Positions 22,620 through 33,545 of a stretch of DNA of 64,000 bases are shown one piece after another. Where the stretch lies: the NCBI GenBank assembly GCA_963771175.1, contig CAVYSY010000036.1, forward strand, positions 1 through 64,000, written 5' to 3'. Both the position numbers and the translations under genes were made by a program. Numbering within the stretch: the stretch's first letter is position 1; each line of letters begins with the position of its first letter. The notes under the pieces were generated by a model. That model had not been told where the DNA came from. It worked only from the letters and a program-made list of their open reading frames with translations, and did not search any database. This DNA comes from an uncultured delta proteobacterium. GTDB taxonomy: Bacteria > Myxococcota > Myxococcia > Myxococcales > Myxococcaceae.

Positions 22620-24899
22620 ATGCCGCTGCGTAACCTTCTCACGAGCCTCGCCCTGGCCCTCGGCCTCGTCGCCGCGACCGCATCGGCGGCGCAGACCCCC
22701 GCCGCGCCCCTCCCCTCCCGGGAGGAGCGACTGGCCCACCTCGGCCGGCTCTGGGGTCAGGTGCGCTACCGCCACCCGTACCTCGCCTACAAGGGCATCG
22801 ACTGGGATGCCGCGCTCGTCGCCGCCATCCCCAAGGTGGAGGCCGCCAAGGACCGCACCGCCTACGCCGAGGCCGTGCAGGACATGTTGGACACGCTCCG
22901 TGACTCCGCCACCCACGTCGAGCGTGCCGAGGAACAGAAGGAGGATGCGGGGAAGGCTCCGGCCAACCCCGTCCGCGAGCTGCGAAGCTGGGCGGGCAAG
23001 GACGTGCTCGTGTTGGACTTGCGCGCCGTCCAGGACCGGAGCGTCCTGAACCGCCTGCGCTACCAGCCCGAGGAGGTGCGCCCGGATATCTCCCGCTCCA
23101 AGGCCATCATCATCGACCTGCGCGCCCGCGGGCTAGGGCCCGACGCCGCCTGGAAGATGTCCCAGGTGCTCGGCAACCTCCTCCCCTTCCTCCTCCACCA
23201 GGAGCTCCAGGTTCCGGGGGAGCGCTCGGTGCTCCACTCGGGCTACCGCCCGCAGACGATTCCCACCAGTGGCGGGTACACCACCTCGTTCCTCACCACC
23301 GCAGGCGAGCAGCTCTCCCCCAAGGGCGATGGCAAGGCCCGCCCCGTCGTCTTCCTGCTGGATGACAAGTCGTACCTGGATCCCCGCGCCCTCACGATGA
23401 AGGCCCTGGGACTGGCGCAGCTCGTCACCGAGGGGCGGCTGGACGACGGAGCCGTGGTGCAACAGACGCGCGTGGAGCTGGGCGCCGGGCTGACGGCGAC
23501 GGTGCGGGTGAGCGAGCTGGGCATCCCCCTGCGCGCGGACGCGGTGCTGCCCAAACGCACCCGCACCGAGGGCAAGGACGAGACGCTCCAGAAGGCACTC
23601 GACCTGGCGCGCAAGCCGGCGAAGAAGGCGAAGGCGCGCGAGTTCGACTCGCTGCCCCCGGCCCGGTGGCAGGCCGACCGCAAGTACGAGGACATGCTCT
23701 ACCCGAGCCGCGAGTACCGCCTGCTCGCCCTCTTCCGGCTCTGGAACGTCATCCAGCTCTTCTACCCGTACAAGCACCTGCTGGATCGGGACTGGGACGA
23801 GGCGCTGACCACCTTCCTGCCGAAGTTCGAGAAGGCGAAGGACGCCACGGAGTACGCGCTCGCGGTGGCGGAGCTGAGCACGCGCGTGCAGGACGGGCAC
23901 ACCACCCTGCGAGGCCACCCCGAGCTGGAGAAGCGGGGCATCTCCGGCATGAACGCGCCCTTCGAGCTGATGGAGGTGGACGGCAAGCCGGTGGTCATGG
24001 AGGTGAGGGACGCGGAGGCGGCTCCGGGACTCGCGCGGGGTCAGGTCGTCGAGACGCTCGACGGCAAGCCCTTCGCCGAGCGCGTCAAGGCGCTGGAGCC
24101 CTATGTGACGGCCTCGCACCCCGTGCACCTGCGCCACCGCCTGCTGGCCACGGCGCTGGCCGGGCCCGAGGGCTCCCAGGCGACGGTGGGCGTGCGCGAC
24201 GTCTCCGGGCAGGTGAAGCAGGTTCGCTTCACCCGGAGCATGAAGTCCTTCCAGAAGCCCCAGCAGGGCGAGGCCTGGCGCCTGCTCGCGGACAACATCG
24301 GCTACGTGGACCTGACGCGCCTGCAGACGCCCGAGGTGCCAACCGTGTTCGAGAAGCTGAAGAACACGAAGGCCATCGTCTTCGACATGCGTGGCTATCC
24401 GAATGGGACGGCCTGGGCCATCGCCCCGTACCTCAACACGCGCAAGGCGCGCTACGCGGCGGTGTTCGAGCGGAACCTCGTCTCGGCGGACGACACGAGC
24501 GGCCGGTACAAGTTCTTCCAGGAGCTGCCCAAGGGCGATGTGCCCCTGTACCGCGGCCGGACCGTGATGCTCATCGACGAGCGGGCCATCAGCCAGTCCG
24601 AGCACTCGGGCCTCTTCTTCGAGGCGGCCAACGGCACCACCTTCATCGGCAGCCCCAGCGCGGGCGCCAACGGCGACATCACGGATCTGGTGCTGCCCGG
24701 CGGCATCACCCTGGTCTTCACGGGTCACGACGTGCGGTACCCGGACGGCCGCCAGCTCCAGCGGGTGGGCCTCAGGCCCCAGGTCCTCGTGCGGCCGACG
24801 CTCCCGGGCCTCCAGTCCGGCAAGGACGAGGTGCTGGACCGGGCGCTTGCGCTCCTCAAGGGCACGAGCAAGGTGATGGCCGGCGACTCCGTCCGGTAG
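22620..24899 (+). CDS. secreted S41 family peptidase
   Basis: Signal peptide, IGYVDL, FDMRGYPNG, AISQSEH, SAGANG, QRVGLRP. Confidence 0.9.
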   Translation: MPLRNLLTSLALALGLVAATASAAQTPAAPLPSREERLAHLGRLWGQVRYRHPYLAYKGIDWDAALVAAIPKVEAAKDRTAYAEAVQDMLDTLRDSATHVERAEEQKEDAGKAPANPVRELRSWAGKDVLVLDLRAVQDRSVLNRLRYQPEEVRPDISRSKAIIIDLRARGLGPDAAWKMSQVLGNLLPFLLHQELQVPGERSVLHSGYRPQTIPTSGGYTTSFLTTAGEQLSPKGDGKARPVVFLLDDKSYLDPRALTMKALGLAQLVTEGRLDDGAVVQQTRVELGAGLTATVRVSELGIPLRADAVLPKRTRTEGKDETLQKALDLARKPAKKAKAREFDSLPPARWQADRKYEDMLYPSREYRLLALFRLWNVIQLFYPYKHLLDRDWDEALTTFLPKFEKAKDATEYALAVAELSTRVQDGHTTLRGHPELEKRGISGMNAPFELMEVDGKPVVMEVRDAEAAPGLARGQVVETLDGKPFAERVKALEPYVTASHPVHLRHRLLATALAGPEGSQATVGVRDVSGQVKQVRFTRSMKSFQKPQQGEAWRLLADNIGYVDLTRLQTPEVPTVFEKLKNTKAIVFDMRGYPNGTAWAIAPYLNTRKARYAAVFERNLVSADDTSGRYKFFQELPKGDVPLYRGRTVMLIDERAISQSEHSGLFFEAANGTTFIGSPSAGANGDITDLVLPGGITLVFTGHDVRYPDGRQLQRVGLRPQVLVRPTLPGLQSGKDEVLDRALALLKGTSKVMAGDSVR

Positions 24900-24939
24900 C
24901 GGGTAGCTTCCCGGCGCGACACCGCCGCGGGCCCCGGCG

Positions 24940-26363
24940 CTAGTCGACCTTCTTCATCTCGACGACGAAGGAGCGCGGCTCGAGGAAGCCCGTCACCCTC
25001 GGGTCGCGGAGCAGCTCCCCGTTGGACGAGACGAACGCCACCGTGGGCAGGCCCTCCACCCCGAAGCGCTCCATCAGCGCGTCCAGCGCGTCGTCGCTCT
25101 GGGTGGCGTCCACCTTCACGTTGATGAAGCGCCCCGACTCCTCGATGACCTCCAGCGCCGGGTAGGTCTCGCGGTCCAGCTCCTTGCAGGCCGCGCACCA
25201 CTCCGCGAAGAAGTCGATCATCACCGGCCGGCCCTCGTTCTTCGCGCGGGCCAGCACCTGCTCGAAGGACTCGGACGAGAAGCCACTGCCCTTCTCCGGC
25301 AACACCGCGTGCCACGCGAAAGTGGGCGCCTTCGGCCTCTCCACCAGGCCGAGCGACACCCACAGCATGCCCGCCGTCTTCGCGTCCATGGCGCCGCCGC
25401 GCAGCACCAGCGCCACCACCACCAGCGCCACGCCAAAGCCCTTGAGGCTGAAGTCCCGCGCGCCCTCCTTGAAGGACAGGTGGATGGCGCCCAGCAGCAC
25501 GCCCGCCGTCGCCAGCACCGCGGCGATCGCCGTGCCCGGCGTGCGGCCCGAGCTGCTCGGCCGCGCCGCTTCAGCCGCCCCGCCGACCGCGGGGAAGCCG
25601 TCCTTCAGGTACGAGATGGCGAGCGCCACCAGCACGATGCCCAGCACGCTCTTCACCCACTCCATCCACACCCCGCCCCGAGGCAGGCGCACGGTGAAGA
25701 CGCCAATGAGGAAGAAGGGCACGCCGATGCCCAGCGCGTAGACGAAGAGCAGCGCCGCGCCGAGCACCGTGCTCTGCGACTTCGCCACGAAGGCCAGCAG
25801 GCCCGTCAGCACCGGCCCGGTGCACGGCGCCGCGAGGAAGCCGGACACGCTGCCCATGAGGAAGGCGCCCGTGACGACCCGAGCCGCCCACCGAGTTGAG
25901 CCGCTGCTGCAGCACCTGGGGCAGCGCCAGCTCGAAGGCGCCGAACATGGACGTGGCCAGCAGCAGCAGGAACACCGCCAGCCCCGTCACCACTACCGGA
26001 CTGCCGAGCATCGAGCCGAAGGCCTGCCCCGTCTTCGCCGCCAGCACGCCCAGCGCGCTGAACACCACGCCCATGCCGATGATGTAGGAGGGACGTCAGC
26101 ACGAGCGCCTTGCCTCGGCCCTCGGCCCTGCGCGCCCCGAAGACGGACACGGTGATGGGGATGAGCGGGTAGACGCAGGGCGTCATCGCGGTGAGCAGGC
26201 CCCCGGCGAACACCACCGCCGCGCCCAGGGCGAAGCTACCGGCCTCGAGGAAACGCGCCGCATCCAACCCCGTGCTGGGACCTGTCGGGAGGAGCCAGGG
26301 CACGACCGCCACGGCCAGCCCAATGACCGCCGCAACGACTCCCACCTTCTTCTTCGCGTCCAT
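24940..26363 (-). CDS. dsbD: protein-disulfide reductase DsbD-like (frameshifted)
   Basis: TPCVYPLIPIT, AAPCTGP, C-terminal thioredoxin FAEWCAACKE. Confidence 0.85.
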
Positions 26364-26528
26364 GTCACTCCTCTTGCCCACCGCGGCCCCTTTTATACGC
26401 ACCAGGGCCCGGTGGTTACACCCGAGGTCGAACCGGGCCGCCAGCAGGTAACGCGCCCCGACCCAGCCCGCCAGCCCCCCTGCGCTTCCACCCCCGACGG
26501 CCGGGCAGGCGCACCCGGAACGACTCCC

Positions 26529-27779
26529 TCACACCTGGGGGGAGACGGACGGCGGCACTGACACCCGCTGGCGCAGGGGCAGCAGGAGCACCACGAAGGC
26601 CACCGAGAGCACCGTGCCGAGCAGGAACACGTCCGCATAGCTCCAACCGGCCCGGGTGGCCAGCAGACCAGCCATGGGCCCACCTGGAAACTTGCCCAGC
26701 ACCTCCACGCTCGCCAGCAGCGTGTAGTGCGTGGCGCCAATGCGCCGGTCCACCCGCGACATCATGAAGGCGAACAGCGTCGTGGCGAGCACTCCCCCGA
26801 AGAAGTGCTCCGCCATGGTGACGGCGATGACGCCCGCCTCCGTGGGCCCGTGGAGCGCCAGCCACCACTCGCCCCCAAGCGGGAAGACGCGCAGGCACGA
26901 GGCCAGGGCGAGCGCCCCCAGCAGCGACATCCGGCTCGCGAGAAGTCCCCCCGCCGCGGAGCCGAGCAACGAGGCCACCGTGCCCCACGTCCCCACCCAC
27001 TGGCCGATCTGCCCAGGAGTGAAGCCCACGTCGATGAGGAAGGGCTTGAAGAGCACGTCCGCCATCGACTCGCCCAGCTTGTACGTGCCGATGAAGAGCA
27101 ACATCCAACCCGTACCGGGCAGGCGCAACGTCGCGAGGAGCCGCTCCCGGATCTCGTACCAGGAGAGCCGCTCCTCCCCTCCTCCCTCCACCGCCCCCCG
27201 GGGCTCGCGCGCCACGGCCGCCACCGCCAGCACCAGCAGCAACAGGAACGACATCGCCAGGAAGAGCCCACGCCAGCCGATGACGTCGCTCGCCCAGACG
27301 AGCAGCCCTCCTCCGGTGAGCAGCCCCAGCTTGTAGCCCACCACCTGGGCCGAGTTGCCCCAGCCGAGCTCCCTCGGCTCCAGCAGGTCCACCGCCAGGC
27401 CATCCACCGCGATGTCCTGCGTGGCCGCGAAGAGGTTCATCAGGAAGACGAGCCCGAGCAGCAACGGCAGGGCCCCCTGCACCGGCACGAAGGCCGCCGC
27501 CGCGCAGGTGGCCGCCAGCCCCGCCTGCATGGGCAAGATCCACGACTTGCGCCGGCCGATGCGCTCCGAGCCATGGCGGTCCACCAGCGGCGCCCACAGC
27601 GCCTTGAGCACCCACGGAGCCGACAGCAACCCGAGCACGCTGATGGTCATCAGTGAGACGCCCTGGGTGCGCAGGTACACGGGCAACGCGGTCGTCTGGA
27701 AGCCGAACGGCAGCCCCTGCACGAAGTACAGCGCGCCCAACAGCCCTATCTTCCGGGGCGAGATCCTCACCGTCTTCAC
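26529..27779 (-). CDS. MFS transporter, AmpG/RhtX-like
   Basis: LYFVQGLPFG, PWVLKALWAPLVD, ATQDIAVDG. Confidence 0.88.
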   Translation of the reverse strand: MKTVRISPRKIGLLGALYFVQGLPFGFQTTALPVYLRTQGVSLMTISVLGLLSAPWVLKALWAPLVDRHGSERIGRRKSWILPMQAGLAATCAAAAFVPVQGALPLLLGLVFLMNLFAATQDIAVDGLAVDLLEPRELGWGNSAQVVGYKLGLLTGGGLLVWASDVIGWRGLFLAMSFLLLLVLAVAAVAREPRGAVEGGGEERLSWYEIRERLLATLRLPGTGWMLLFIGTYKLGESMADVLFKPFLIDVGFTPGQIGQWVGTWGTVASLLGSAAGGLLASRMSLLGALALASCLRVFPLGGEWWLALHGPTEAGVIAVTMAEHFFGGVLATTLFAFMMSRVDRRIGATHYTLLASVEVLGKFPGGPMAGLLATRAGWSYADVFLLGTVLSVAFVVLLLPLRQRVSVPPSVSPQV

Positions 27780-27890
27780 ACCTCGAACCCTAGCGGAGAA
27801 CCGCCCCGGGCACGATTTCGCGCATTGACCCGGCTCGGGCCCGGGGAGAACCTCCCCGCTACGCCATCCTGTTCGAGGCGCTGTTCATCC

Positions 27891-28958
27891 TCACGGTGCG
27901 CCCACGGCGTCCAACCCGGCCACCAGGGCGGGCACGTCGCCGCGCGGCACCCTCCGGCACGGCAGGAAGCCCGAGGCCCGATCCGTGGCGAGGACCGGGA
28001 GACCTCGTGCGACCGCGTGCGCCAGTTCCACCGGGTAGCTCTCGCACCACGACAGGGCCAGCACGACGTCCACTCCCTGGAGACTCCGCTGCGCCTCCGC
28101 CGACACACGCTTCACCCGGGGGTGGCTCAGGTGTGTCGCGTCCGTGCCTTCCGTGGGCCGCACCCACAAGCTCCACCCGGGCCGTGCGTCCAGCGCCGCC
28201 AGCGCCTCCCGGAGTCCGCCGCGGGCCAGCGCGGGCCCGGCGAGCAGCGCCACCCGGTGGGCAGGTGTCTCGGACTTCCGCTGTGGGGATGGCGCCTGCC
28301 GGGGTGCGCCCTCCAGGGAGGGGTGCAGCTCGCGGAGCCGCTCCGGTGCACACCCGGCCGCCAGCAGCCGCTCGCGGAGGAACTCGCCGCGCACCCAGAT
28401 TTCGTCCGCCAGCAGCCGCTCCGCCTCCTGTCGCGCCACGTCCTCCGCGGAGGCGCGGTGGTTGCGCAGGAAGGACTCCTCGGGGTGGCGCAGCGCCGCG
28501 TCATCCAGGTCCTCGTGCAGGGCCCGCAGCGAGGGAAGATCCTCCACCAGCACGCAGCGCGCTCCCCGGCGGCGGGCCAGCGCGAACACCTCGCGCGCGC
28601 ACAGAGAGGGCGCGAGCACCGTCTCCACTCCCGCCGGGAGCAGGGGCGCGCCCAGTCGCGCCAGCGTCCGCCGGAGCGCGAAGCGGGCCCGGAAGCCCGA
28701 CGCAGCCGAGCGCCCCACCCACCGCATTCCCGCCTCCACCGCCTGCCACCCCGGGAGCCCCCAGACGTGGAAGCCCTCGGGCACCGGGAGCGTGCGCCGG
28801 CTCCACGCCCCACGCACCCGCGAGGGCACGGCGCTCCACCGCTCGGGCAGCACCGGTAGCGCCCAGGGCGCCAGCACCTCTCCCCGCACTCCAGGCCCGA
28901 GCAGGGACCCGAGCTGCCGCAGCCACGGCGCGGGCTCCGGCGCGATGACGAGGTTCAT
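27891..28958 (-). CDS. glycosyltransferase (GT-B/GT4-like)
   Basis: C-terminal DVVLALSWCESYPVELAHAVARGLPVLAT. Confidence 0.65.
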   Translation of the reverse strand: MNLVIAPEPAPWLRQLGSLLGPGVRGEVLAPWALPVLPERWSAVPSRVRGAWSRRTLPVPEGFHVWGLPGWQAVEAGMRWVGRSAASGFRARFALRRTLARLGAPLLPAGVETVLAPSLCAREVFALARRRGARCVLVEDLPSLRALHEDLDDAALRHPEESFLRNHRASAEDVARQEAERLLADEIWVRGEFLRERLLAAGCAPERLRELHPSLEGAPRQAPSPQRKSETPAHRVALLAGPALARGGLREALAALDARPGWSLWVRPTEGTDATHLSHPRVKRVSAEAQRSLQGVDVVLALSWCESYPVELAHAVARGLPVLATDRASGFLPCRRVPRGDVPALVAGLDAVGAP

Positions 28959-29854
28959 GGTCGCACCTCCGGGGCCCCGGGCACCTCGACGCGCACGTGG
29001 CACTCCGTCTCACCACAGGTGAGGCAGGTCCGCTTCCGGGCTTCGGGGCTCAGCAGCCGCCGGCGGTTCTCCGCGATGGTGCGCTCCTCCACGAGCGCCC
29101 CGGTGGCGACGTCCTCCACACGGCGGAGAATCCGATTGGTGCGCACCTGTCCCTCCGGCGTCTCCAGCACGGCCTCGTCCTCGGACCAGAGCCGGGAGCG
29201 TGTCCGAAGCGCCGCATCCCCGTGCAGGGTGAGCCGCAGCCGCCCTCCCGTCACGCGGGCCCCGAGCCGCACCGGCCCCTCGCGCGGCGCCACCACCAGG
29301 TCCACGTAAGGCCAGGCCACCGTGGCATCCATGCCCCACAGCACCCCCTCCGGGGGAGGCACCGCCTCCATCGTGTGCCCGAAGCGCTCCAGGATGTGCC
29401 AGCCCTGGCGCGCGGTCAGCTCGAAGAGGGCATTGGCCAGCAGGCAGATGCCGCCCCCAATGGACGGGGTGAGGCACCCGCCGCTCAGTGCCAGCCCGTG
29501 CCGGTAACCCGCGTGCTCCGTCAACCGCCCCAGCGTGCGCCAGAAGGAGAGCGGCCGGTCGGGCGTGAGGAGCAGGCCATCGAAGGCGGGGGCCGCGAGG
29601 CGCAGGTTGTGCTGCTTGCCCACCTCCAGCAGGGGATCCGCCTCCGCGTCCGTGCGCGCCATGTCCACGGTGTGCGAGGCCAGCAACACCCCCAGCTCCC
29701 GCGTGGACGCGAGGAGGGGGCGCGGCCATCGCTCGGGGGTGGCGACCCACCGCACCAGCCGGTTCGCCTGAAGGGCGACTTGCTTGCTCCGCCGCCACAG
29801 CAGGGCCGGAGCGGAGAGATCCACGAGACGGGAGGCAGCGGGAGGTGTGGCCAT
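28955..29854 (-). CDS. VanW family protein
   Basis: FDGLLL...SFWRTLG, GGGICLLAN, ERFGH, GMDATV; C-terminal CLTCGETECH. Confidence 0.8.
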   Translation of the reverse strand: MATPPAASRLVDLSAPALLWRRSKQVALQANRLVRWVATPERWPRPLLASTRELGVLLASHTVDMARTDAEADPLLEVGKQHNLRLAAPAFDGLLLTPDRPLSFWRTLGRLTEHAGYRHGLALSGGCLTPSIGGGICLLANALFELTARQGWHILERFGHTMEAVPPPEGVLWGMDATVAWPYVDLVVAPREGPVRLGARVTGGRLRLTLHGDAALRTRSRLWSEDEAVLETPEGQVRTNRILRRVEDVATGALVEERTIAENRRRLLSPEARKRTCLTCGETECHVRVEVPGAPEVRP

Positions 29855-30005
29855 GTGCACCCCGGATGATGCAACAGACCTGCCAGGGAGGACGAGCACC
29901 CGGGAGGAAAGCGTCCGCCGAGGGCCTCGTCACAAAGCCCACGGGGAACCTCCATCCATCTGGAGGTCTCCCCTTTCCGGGGGGCCCCAGCCCAGGAGGA
30001 ACGCC

Positions 30006-30308
30006 ATGAATGCAGAAACCATCATTCGTGCGTGGAAGGATCCGGAGTTCCGCGCGAGCCTCACCTCGGAGCAGCTCGCCGCGCTCCCCGAGAGCCCGTC
30101 CGGCAAGTCCATGACCGAGCTCGGAGAAGAACGACCTGGATGATGTCGTGGGCGGCGTCCCACTACCCCACCATCCGCATCACCAACACCCGTGGGAGCG
30201 CGATCGACGCGTGCCCCAGCGCCCTGGGCTGCACGTTCAACACCACCATCCGCTTCACCGTCACCGAGACCATCAAGCCCGTGGGTACCGTCGGTGGTGC
30301 AGTTCTGA
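30006..30308 (+). CDS. mersacidin/lichenicidin-type class II lanthipeptide precursor (frameshifted)
   Basis: AGGAGG RBS; MNAETIIRAWKDPEFRASL...LPESPSG...ELGEE / DLDDVVGG leader; Thr/Cys-rich core in a shifted frame; 3' end approximate. Confidence 0.75.
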
Positions 30309-30380
30309 CCGCTCCCTTCCCCAGGACCATCGACCGGAGGACGCCGTCATCCCGCGCTTGTGAAACAATGGCGGCTCCCC

Positions 30381-31448
30381 GTGAAGACACTCCGCTACAG
30401 CCTGCTCGCCTCGCTCCTGTTCATCCCCACCGCCCCGAGCCTCGCGGAGGAGGAGCATCCCGCCCGGACGGAAACCACGGCACCGGCTCCCGCCGTGACC
30501 GATGCCACCGTCTCGCTGCTCGAACCCGCTGGTGACGGCTGTGAGTGGGCTCAGCTCGAACCCCTCTCCCAGTCGCGCCGGGTCATCGCGCGGCTCGCGG
30601 TGGACTGCCAGGGTGGAGGGACCGCGTTGAGCCGGGATGGCAAGCGCGGCGCGGCGCGATTCTGGCGGGGCGGCGTCAGTGCACCCGTGGTGGGCAAGCC
30701 CACCTTCCCCGAGCGCTTCCCCCTCCCCACGTTCCGCGACCGCCTGTTCCTCGTGGATGTCACGACAGGCGGTGTCGAGGAGATCCCCCTGCCCCGCCTG
30801 GGCGAGCTCATCGAGTTCGGATTCGATGCCGGGGGCCGGCTGCTCGGGCTCTCCCTCCAGAAAGTCACCCCGGCACAGGCGCGGGCTGGCGCGGTGGAAA
30901 TCGAGGGGAGCCGAGTCCCACTCGAATTCGGGCGCCCGGGGCACCCGCTGCTGGCCCACGCCTTCGTCTACGAGGGCGGAACGTGGACGCGGCTGGACTC
31001 GAAGTCCACCACCGAGCTCTCCGGCACCCGCGTCCTGGCGCTCCGAAAGGAGCTCGGCGAGCGCGCGAGCCTTTCGCTCGATCCGCGCTTCGTCCCCGAG
31101 GAGATCGAGGACGACACGCTGCTCGACCAGTTGTATGCGCTCACACCGGAGCAGCCCGACGGAGAGTGGGCCTCGCTCAGGCGCGGCGGCTATACCCTGG
31201 CCCTCTGGGGCACGCCCTTCGGCGACGAGTTGCTGGCGACCGGCCTGCTCCGGCGGGTGGAGAAGGGGAAGGCCGTCCCCCTCCCCGGCCACGCCTACCG
31301 CGAGAACGACCTGGTCAGCCTCCAGGCCCGCGGGCCGTTCCTGCTCGTCTCACTCGCTGACTCCGGCGGACATCCGCGCATGTATCGGGGCAGGAAACTC
31401 GTCTGGAGCTCCGAGAGCGCGCGGGCCGTCACGTTCTGGCCCAGGTGA
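30381..31448 (+). CDS. secreted hypothetical protein
   Basis: Signal peptide followed by an open frame of about 355 aa. Confidence 0.65.
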   Translation: MKTLRYSLLASLLFIPTAPSLAEEEHPARTETTAPAPAVTDATVSLLEPAGDGCEWAQLEPLSQSRRVIARLAVDCQGGGTALSRDGKRGAARFWRGGVSAPVVGKPTFPERFPLPTFRDRLFLVDVTTGGVEEIPLPRLGELIEFGFDAGGRLLGLSLQKVTPAQARAGAVEIEGSRVPLEFGRPGHPLLAHAFVYEGGTWTRLDSKSTTELSGTRVLALRKELGERASLSLDPRFVPEEIEDDTLLDQLYALTPEQPDGEWASLRRGGYTLALWGTPFGDELLATGLLRRVEKGKAVPLPGHAYRENDLVSLQARGPFLLVSLADSGGHPRMYRGRKLVWSSESARAVTFWPR

Positions 31449-32764
31449 GCCCGAGGGCTCCTCCAGAGGGAGAATCCACCGCTTGGGAAGGAAACCGTCC
31501 GACTCGGCGGCGAGGTTCACGCTCGGGTCGATGAGCGGGCGCGGCGGCCGTCCATTGAGCGACACCCGCACGTCCGCGCGAACCTCGACCCCGGGGATGC
31601 CCGTGCGCGCGGCGAGCACGTGCGCGAAGGCGAGGATGAGATCGGGCTGCGTCATCATCCGTCCCGCCTGCTTGTCGGAGAGCAGCTCGTCACCGCGCAG
31701 CTCCCACCGCGCGCCCGTCCTCGGGTCCGTGGCGTAGAAGCGCGCCTGGCCCCGCTTCTCCATGATCTTCAGGTGCCAGCTGAAGCGAAACCCCTCCTCG
31801 TTCCACAGCGACGTCGCCCGGATACAGCCAGTGCCGGAGCGGCAGGACGAGCTGCACGAGGAAGTGCACCGCCAGCACGGGCAGCACCCACCGCGCCGTC
31901 GCGAGTGGAGCCGGGCTCGATGGGACTCGCCGCACGCCACCGGAGCCAGCGCCGCGGCCAGTCGGGCTCGAAGAAGACGAGCAGCGCCAGCACCATGAGC
32001 CAGGGAAAGACCCCGATGGTCAGCAGGGAGCCCGACATCACGTGGAAGCCCACGAGCGCCGCATAGGCATACGGCCGCACCGGGCGCAGCAGCAGCAACG
32101 GCGGGCAGCACAGCACCACGGCGGCACCGCCCCAGCTACTCAGCGCCGCCAGGACATCCAGGGGAACCAGGGCCGCCAGGGCCCGCGCGCCGGCACTCGT
32201 CTCCAGCCACAGGCGCATCGGCTGGTTCCGCACGAGCCAATCCGGCTGCAACTTCGCGAGCCCCGAGAACAGGTACACCCCCAGCAACTGGGTCCGCAGC
32301 GTGTACAGCGTCCAGGCCGGGACGGTGTCGCGAGCGAGCTCCGGGCGCCTGCGCGCATCGAGCGATGCCACGCCGGAGAGCGGCATGAGCGCCAGCAGGC
32401 CGCACAGCATGCACACCAGGTAGTAGTGGTTGAGGTAGTGCGTACGGTCGAGGAGCTGCACGTAGGCGAAGAGCCCCCCGAAGAGCGCCGCACACGTGCG
32501 CGGCCACGCGCCCACCATCAGCCCGAAGGCGAGCACGCCCAGCAACAGGAAGAGCGCGTACATGCCCGCGGGAGGGAGAGGCCGAAGCCACTCGAACCCG
32601 TGGAACGGAAAGTACACGCGCGGAGCGACGTAGTAGGCGCCAATCCATCCGTGGAGGAAGTAGCGCGCGATGGCCACCACGAGCACCGCGCCCAAGGCCC
32701 AACGGAACACGGCCAGGAAGGCCGCGTCCACCGGCTCGCGCAACCGTCGGCCCAGGGAGCTCAC
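31350..32764 (-). CDS. HTTM-domain / vitamin K-dependent gamma-carboxylase-like membrane protein (frameshifts near 31820-31920)
   Basis: LAVFRW, YLNHYYL, YLFSGLAKLQPDW, IGVFPW, WNEEGFRFSWH, SLNGRP, IDPSVNL. Confidence 0.85.
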
Positions 32765-32787
32765 GCGCGCATCATCCCTTCACGCGC

Positions 32788-33431
32788 TCAATCGAAGTCC
32801 GAGCTACCGCCGCCGGACGAGGGCGGCGGCTCTCCAACGTCCAGGCTGTCCTCGTGGTACGCGTTGAAGCGGATGGTCACCTTGGAACCATCGGCGAACT
32901 CCATCGTCACCGTGCCGTCGATGCTCGTGTCGAGCTTCAGGATGGCCTCGAGGACGCCCGCCACGAGCTTGGGGTGCACCTCCGAGAGCACTTCCCACTC
33001 CCGTACCGAGGTGTCGCTGCTCCCGTGCTGGGCGTGCAGCCGGCCGTCCCCGCATCCGAGGTTCCACCATCCGAGGTCCCCGCGTCCGGGACTCCGCCAT
33101 CGCTCGTCCCCGGAGGACAGGTGGACGAGCTCCCCTCCACTGGCAGCGAATGGGGCTCCGAGAACAGGGCGTTGACCCGCCCCATCGTGCCTCGCAGCTT
33201 GAGCTTGCCCTTCGCGCAGCTCAGGTTGAGCACGGTCAGCGACTCGCCGGTCCCTGGCGGGTACACCGTGTGATGCTCGCTCTCGGGGTCGAGCTCCCCG
33301 GAGACATCCACGCCTCCAACCGTTCCCTCGCACGTACCGGTCGAGGTGGTCGCGGTGAGACACGAGCACCGTGCGGTCGTGACGAGCAGGAGGAGACATA
33401 GGGGCAAGAGGTGGCGCGCCTGAAATTTCAT
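32788..33431 (-). CDS. putative lipoprotein (frameshift near 33030)
   Basis: MKFQARHLLPLCLLLLVTTARCSC; DGG/DAG repeats; C-terminus in a second frame. Confidence 0.6.
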
Positions 33432-33545
33432 GGCGAGGGATGATACCAGCGTTCCCCTGAATCCCCCCATGGACTTGTCCCCGCCGGGGGGAGTGGGCAT
33501 GTGTCTTTCATGGCGACATCAGCGACTGCTTCATGCCCTGAAAAG

